Source: an uncultured Desulfospira sp. (GTDB lineage: Bacteria > Desulfobacterota > Desulfobacteria > Desulfobacterales > Desulfobacteraceae). From it: a stretch of 64,000 nt of DNA. The notes below the pieces were generated by a model, which saw only the letters and a list, made by a program, of their open reading frames with translations, was not told the DNA's origin and did no database searches. How positions within the stretch are numbered: position 1 is the stretch's first letter; every line of letters begins with the position of its first letter. Positions 60,162 through 64,000 of the stretch are shown here, piece by piece. The translations under genes were made by a program, and so were the position numbers. Where the stretch lies: assembly GCA_963663165.1 (NCBI GenBank), contig OY760175.1, positions 800,001 to 864,000 on the forward strand. Reading direction: 5' to 3'.

Positions 60162-61115
60162 AAAGCATGCCGTTAAATGCTTGATATCCCCCCCGGTGGC
60201 TTCAAGCACAGGCTCTTTTTCCCGGCATATGGGCATCACATCCGGGCACCGGGTATGGAACCGGCACCCGGGCGGGGGATTTTCTACAGACGGGATTTCA
60301 CCTTTTAACACCATCCGTTTTCCGGTTTTTTCCGGGTCCGGTACGGGAACGGCTGACAACAGAGCCCTGGTATAAGGATGGGCCGGCCGGGTATAGATGG
60401 TGCCGGCATCGGCAATTTCAACCATCTTTCCAAGGTACATGACGGCAATCCGGTCTGAAATATGCCGGACCACAGACAGGTCATGGGAAATAAAGACATA
60501 GGTCAGGCCAAGGGTTTCCTGAAGGTTGAGCAGAAGATTTAAAATCTTGGACTGGACCGATACATCCAGGGCCGATACCGGCTCATCACAGACAATGATC
60601 TGAGGGGACATGCTGATGGCCCGGGCAATGCCGATGCGCTGGCGCTGCCCCCCTGAAAATTCATGGGGAAACCGGGAAAGGACATCAGCGGGCAGCCCGA
60701 CTTTTTCAAGAAGGCCTGAAACCTCATTTTCCAAATCCAGGTTGCCGGCCCCGTGAATCCTGTATTTTTCTTCTAAAATCTGCTGGATGGTCTGCCGGGG
60801 ATTCAGGGACTCAAAGGGGTCCTGGAAAATCATCTGAAGCTGCCTGGACAGTTTTTTCCTGTTTTTGGCATCCAGCTTTGAGACGGTGCCGCCGTTGACC
60901 CGGATCTGCCCGTCGGTTAACTCGTACAATCCCAGGATACACCGGCCCAAGGTGGTTTTTCCGCATCCGGATTCGCCCACAATCCCCAAGGTTTCCCCTT
61001 TTTCAACTGAAAAAGAAACCCCGCTGACCGCATGGACCCAGCCGGTCCGGCGCTGGAACACCCCCGAATATACCGGGAAATACTTTTTTAGATTTTCAAC
61101 TTCAAGAATGGGCAT
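60123..61115 (-). CDS. Oligopeptide ABC transporter ATP-binding protein (OppF-like, no adjacent partners)
   Basis: GESGCGKTT, FSGGQRQR, CDEPVSALD, PPPGCRFHTRCP. Confidence 0.93.
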   Translation of the reverse strand: MPILEVENLKKYFPVYSGVFQRRTGWVHAVSGVSFSVEKGETLGIVGESGCGKTTLGRCILGLYELTDGQIRVNGGTVSKLDAKNRKKLSRQLQMIFQDPFESLNPRQTIQQILEEKYRIHGAGNLDLENEVSGLLEKVGLPADVLSRFPHEFSGGQRQRIGIARAISMSPQIIVCDEPVSALDVSVQSKILNLLLNLQETLGLTYVFISHDLSVVRHISDRIAVMYLGKMVEIADAGTIYTRPAHPYTRALLSAVPVPDPEKTGKRMVLKGEIPSVENPPPGCRFHTRCPDVMPICREKEPVLEATGGDIKHLTACFQETGNWKQDTRK

Positions 61116-61134
61116 GTTCCGATCCTGTGGGATT

Positions 61135-61243
61135 TTAGCTGTTAGCTGTTAGCTGTTAGCCGTTAGCCGTTAGCCGTTAGCCGTTAGCCGTTAGCGAATG
61201 GTTGTAAGTCCTTATGGCTAAAGGCTAATGGCTGATAGCCAAA
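61135..61243. repeat. Tandem heptamer array (TTAGCTG)3(TTAGCCG)5 with conserved tail and inverted copies
   Basis: Read directly at 61135-61197; further copy at 61601-61643. Confidence 0.9.
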
Positions 61244-61304
61244 AGCTTCTTTTTAGCTGTTCCGGGGCTGTTATACCATCTTTTTTTTTGAAAATCGAGA
61301 AAAG

Positions 61305-61344
61305 CAATGCCAGCTTCCGTGATTAAACCGGAAGCTGGCATTGT
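61305..61344. terminator. Hairpin terminator downstream of the 72-aa gene
   Basis: CAATGCCAGCTTCC / GGAAGCTGGCATTG. Confidence 0.65.
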
Positions 61345-61389
61345 AAAAAAATTGAATCTGAAAAAGTGGGGAATGGGTACGGGTTAGCT

Positions 61390-61608
61390 TTACGCCTGAA
61401 CCGCCACCAAGGCGACGCCCAGATTTTTTTCAAGGGCCTGGATTTTTTCAAGGGTTGCATTTTCCAGGGTGGTGGGCTTTGTATCGTGGCAGGAAAACGC
61501 CAGCATGGTAACCCCTAACTCTTTTTCCAGATCTTTGATCTGGGCCACATCCTGATCCTTTAAATTTGAAAGACTGCAAATCATGATATCCTCCTTGTTT
61601 TTAGCCAT
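61390..61608 (-). CDS. Small hypothetical protein with internal duplication
   Basis: QIKDLEKELGVTMLAF / KIQALEKNLGVALVAV; start may be the ATG at 61584 behind AAGGAGG. Confidence 0.7.
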   Translation of the reverse strand: MAKNKEDIMICSLSNLKDQDVAQIKDLEKELGVTMLAFSCHDTKPTTLENATLEKIQALEKNLGVALVAVQA

Positions 61609-61901
61609 TAGCTATTAGCTTTTAGCCGTTAGCTTTTAGCTGTTGGCAGGCTGTATCAGCCTGGTATTTACATTTTGTTGTAAACTTATAGGTGTTTTTA
61701 TAAGAAACTGGAGACAAGAAACAAGAGACAAGAGGGCGAAGCACCTGCGGTGCCCAATTTATAGTCTACCGTTGCTGGTATCTTCAGTTTCATTATTCGT
61801 TGTGGGCTTGTGGCCCATGGCAGTTATAGCATATAATTTAAATAGAAAATCGGGATTGGACAAGAAGGGAATAGTCAGGGGTTAATGACGGGCAAAACCT
61901 G

Positions 61902-62759
61902 TCATTGTGATAAGGATTTTAAAAAGATGTTCAAGTTGGTGGCGTTGTGGGTTAAGCCCAGTTTTTTGCGTAAATTGCGCCGGTGAAAATTAACCGTGGT
62001 CAAGGAAAGGTTCAGCAGGTCTGCCATCTGCTTGGAGGATTTATCCTGTTTGATCAACGAGGCAATTTTGATTTCCTGGGGCGTAAGAATCGCTTCCACA
62101 TTGGAAACCCTTCGCAAAAATGGGGAGGCAATGTGATTGAGTTCCAATTCAATCAGTTCCAAAAGTTCCTTCTCAGGCCCTTTGGAAACGGCCTCTCTAA
62201 GCTGGTCAAGATAGGGCAGAACCGTAAATTTTATATTCTGAAAAAATGTGGTTTCCATTTGTTTGGCATCTTCATCCCGCTGCCGGAGGATGGCCCGCAG
62301 AGCCGCATTGGCCTCTTCCAAATGAATGGATTTTTGCTCAAGCTCCTGTTCCCTTTCCTTGAGCTGCTGCTCTGCAAGCTTTAAAGAAGTGATATTTTCA
62401 TGGCTGATCACCACCCGTAAGGGGTCGGAACCTGCAGCCCTGATGGCCCGCATATAAAACCAGCGTTTTTCCCCGGGCGAATGGCACGGATAATCCATAA
62501 CAAACTCGTCCACATCCCCGTTAATCACCCTCCGGATGCCTTTGGCCACGCTCCGGGCGGCCTGCCCTTCCCCGTCCCCTGCCATGTCACAGATATCAAG
62601 GTAATTGATATTCACCATATCCGGTCTGACCCCGATCTCATTTAACCGGGCAAATTCCTGCCATGCCCGGTTGGTTTCAATGATGATGCCGTTTTCATCA
62701 ATAATGGCAATGTGGGCGGACAGGGAATTTAAAATGGTTTCAGCGTAATTGATGGTCAT
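61902..62759 (-). CDS. PAS-domain LuxR-family transcriptional regulator
   Basis: ILNSLSAHIAIIDENG..NRAW..YPCHSP..RWF; LTPQEIKIA..TVNFHRRNLRKKLG. Confidence 0.88.
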   Translation of the reverse strand: MTINYAETILNSLSAHIAIIDENGIIIETNRAWQEFARLNEIGVRPDMVNINYLDICDMAGDGEGQAARSVAKGIRRVINGDVDEFVMDYPCHSPGEKRWFYMRAIRAAGSDPLRVVISHENITSLKLAEQQLKEREQELEQKSIHLEEANAALRAILRQRDEDAKQMETTFFQNIKFTVLPYLDQLREAVSKGPEKELLELIELELNHIASPFLRRVSNVEAILTPQEIKIASLIKQDKSSKQMADLLNLSLTTVNFHRRNLRKKLGLTHNATNLNIFLKSLSQ

Positions 62760-64000
62760 GGCGCTCCGGGGGGTTGGCTTTTTTCCGGTATGGGCCTGCC
62801 ATGGGGATCTGTTTCGGGCTGCCCGAGTTTCTGATCAATATAGGCGGCGGCATTCCCGCCGAGATGTTCAAGCCTGTGGGCCGTGGCATGAACCTCATGT
62901 TCCGGTGTACCGATCTGTTTGAGATAGGTTTCCCACAGCCGGTGGGCCCGCAGCATTTTTTGGGCTTCATCCTTTCCTTTAGGGGTAAGGGCATAGCCTT
63001 GTTCCGTCAAGGTTAACTCCCCGTCCTGGATCATCTTTTTTAATACCCGGCCCATGTTTTTAACCGGCCCGGCATATTTTTGTATAAGGACCAAAGGGGC
63101 GGGCCCGTCATGTCGCAGCACCGTTGTCAGGATATCTTCAACCAATTGCTGTGGAATGAGGCTGCGCATCCGCATCCACCGCGATAACAGGCCGTACTTG
63201 GGGGCAACCACCAGCACCACCAGAAACTGAACCGTGCAAAACAGCATGATGGCCCCGCCCCCCGAAGAATCCAGCCAGACACAAAGGTAAAGGCCGCCGA
63301 TAACACTGGTGACACCGAACAGGGCCGACAGCCACATCATTTTGTCCAGACGGTCGCTTAAGAGATAAGCCGTTGCCGCCGGCGTAATTAAAAGCCCCAC
63401 CACAAGGATCACCCCCACCATGCTCACCGCAGAAACCACCACCAAAGAGACCAGGGTGGTCAAAAGATAATCCAAGGCCAGCACCGGCAGTCCGATGGAG
63501 GCCGCCATAACCGGGTCAAAGGTGGTCAGCTGAAAATGGCGGAAAAAAAGGACCAGCACCGTTAAAACGAAAGCGGCCACAAAGGCGCTGACCCAAAGGT
63601 CGGTATCGGCCACCCCTAAGATATCCCCCATGATAAAGTGCATCAGGTCAATGTGAATATAATGCCTGAAAATAGACACCGCCACCACGCCCAAGGCAAA
63701 AATCCCCGTGTACATAATGCCGATGGCGGCATCCTCCTTGACCCTGGAAATCCGGGAAACAAAGCTGATCAGTGCCACCGTAGTCACCGCAGCCATAAGA
63801 GAGCCTAACAGCATGCCCGGAGCATGGGCCTCCAGGCCGAAAAACAGCTTCATGATCAAATAGCCGCCGGCCACGCCGGCAATCATGGCATGGGACAGGG
63901 CATCCCCTAGAAAGGCCATGCGGCGAAGCACCACAAGACAGCCCACCACGCCGGCCACCACGGCTACAATACAGCCGCCGATCAGGGCCTTTTGAAAATA
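62756..64000 (-). CDS. Mn/Zn/Fe ABC-3 permease fused to a DtxR/MntR-like domain (5' end outside the window)
   Basis: GDALSHA, EDAAIG, VGVILV..LITPAATA; C-term LTPKGKDEAQKMLRAHRLWETYL..AHRLEH..LGQPETDPHGRPIP. Confidence 0.88.
   Translation of the reverse strand, partial: YFQKALIGGCIVAVVAGVVGCLVVLRRMAFLGDALSHAMIAGVAGGYLIMKLFFGLEAHAPGMLLGSLMAAVTTVALISFVSRISRVKEDAAIGIMYTGIFALGVVAVSIFRHYIHIDLMHFIMGDILGVADTDLWVSAFVAAFVLTVLVLFFRHFQLTTFDPVMAASIGLPVLALDYLLTTLVSLVVVSAVSMVGVILVVGLLITPAATAYLLSDRLDKMMWLSALFGVTSVIGGLYLCVWLDSSGGGAIMLFCTVQFLVVLVVAPKYGLLSRWMRMRSLIPQQLVEDILTTVLRHDGPAPLVLIQKYAGPVKNMGRVLKKMIQDGELTLTEQGYALTPKGKDEAQKMLRAHRLWETYLKQIGTPEHEVHATAHRLEHLGGNAAAYIDQKLGQPETDPHGRPIPEKSQPPGAP

Noticed and set aside
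61135..61197. CRISPR or coding repeat
   Set aside because: Pure heptamer tandem without spacers, containing stop codons.

Overview
Chromosomal window from what looks like a sulfate-reducing deltaproteobacterium (Desulfobacteraceae-like; inferred from gene content and intergenic repeat style). 0-4.4 kb: glycosylation genes, including a 1270-aa GT2-TPR-ceramidase-like-sulfotransferase fusion. 4.6-11.3 kb: accessory region 3' of tRNA-Leu(TAG). It holds a RAYT-type HUH transposase cleanly interrupted by an IS200 element, a MazF/RHH toxin-antitoxin pair whose antitoxin has an internal stop, a sigma-54-preceded cohesin/dockerin plus PEP-CTERM gene pair, a Uma2 nuclease, a collapsed TA remnant and an AAA ATPase. 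A family of related ~30-100 bp repeats punctuates these modules like cassette boundaries. 14.6-23.4 kb: PfaC-like PUFA synthase coupled to oleA-oleB-(orf)-oleC with no oleD. 25-42.5 kb: gshB-like ligase coupled to a peptide ABC transporter, FAD oxidoreductase, GAF protein, NTT-HEAT-cNMP transporter and a GNAT-RimK pair. The remainder is largely housekeeping (glnK-amtB, modABC, ligA, glyQS, recO, mgtE, SurA-like pair, metal permease-DtxR fusion). Intergenic spaces carry many REP/MITE/heptamer repeats. All product calls are from motif recognition by eye; no searches were run.
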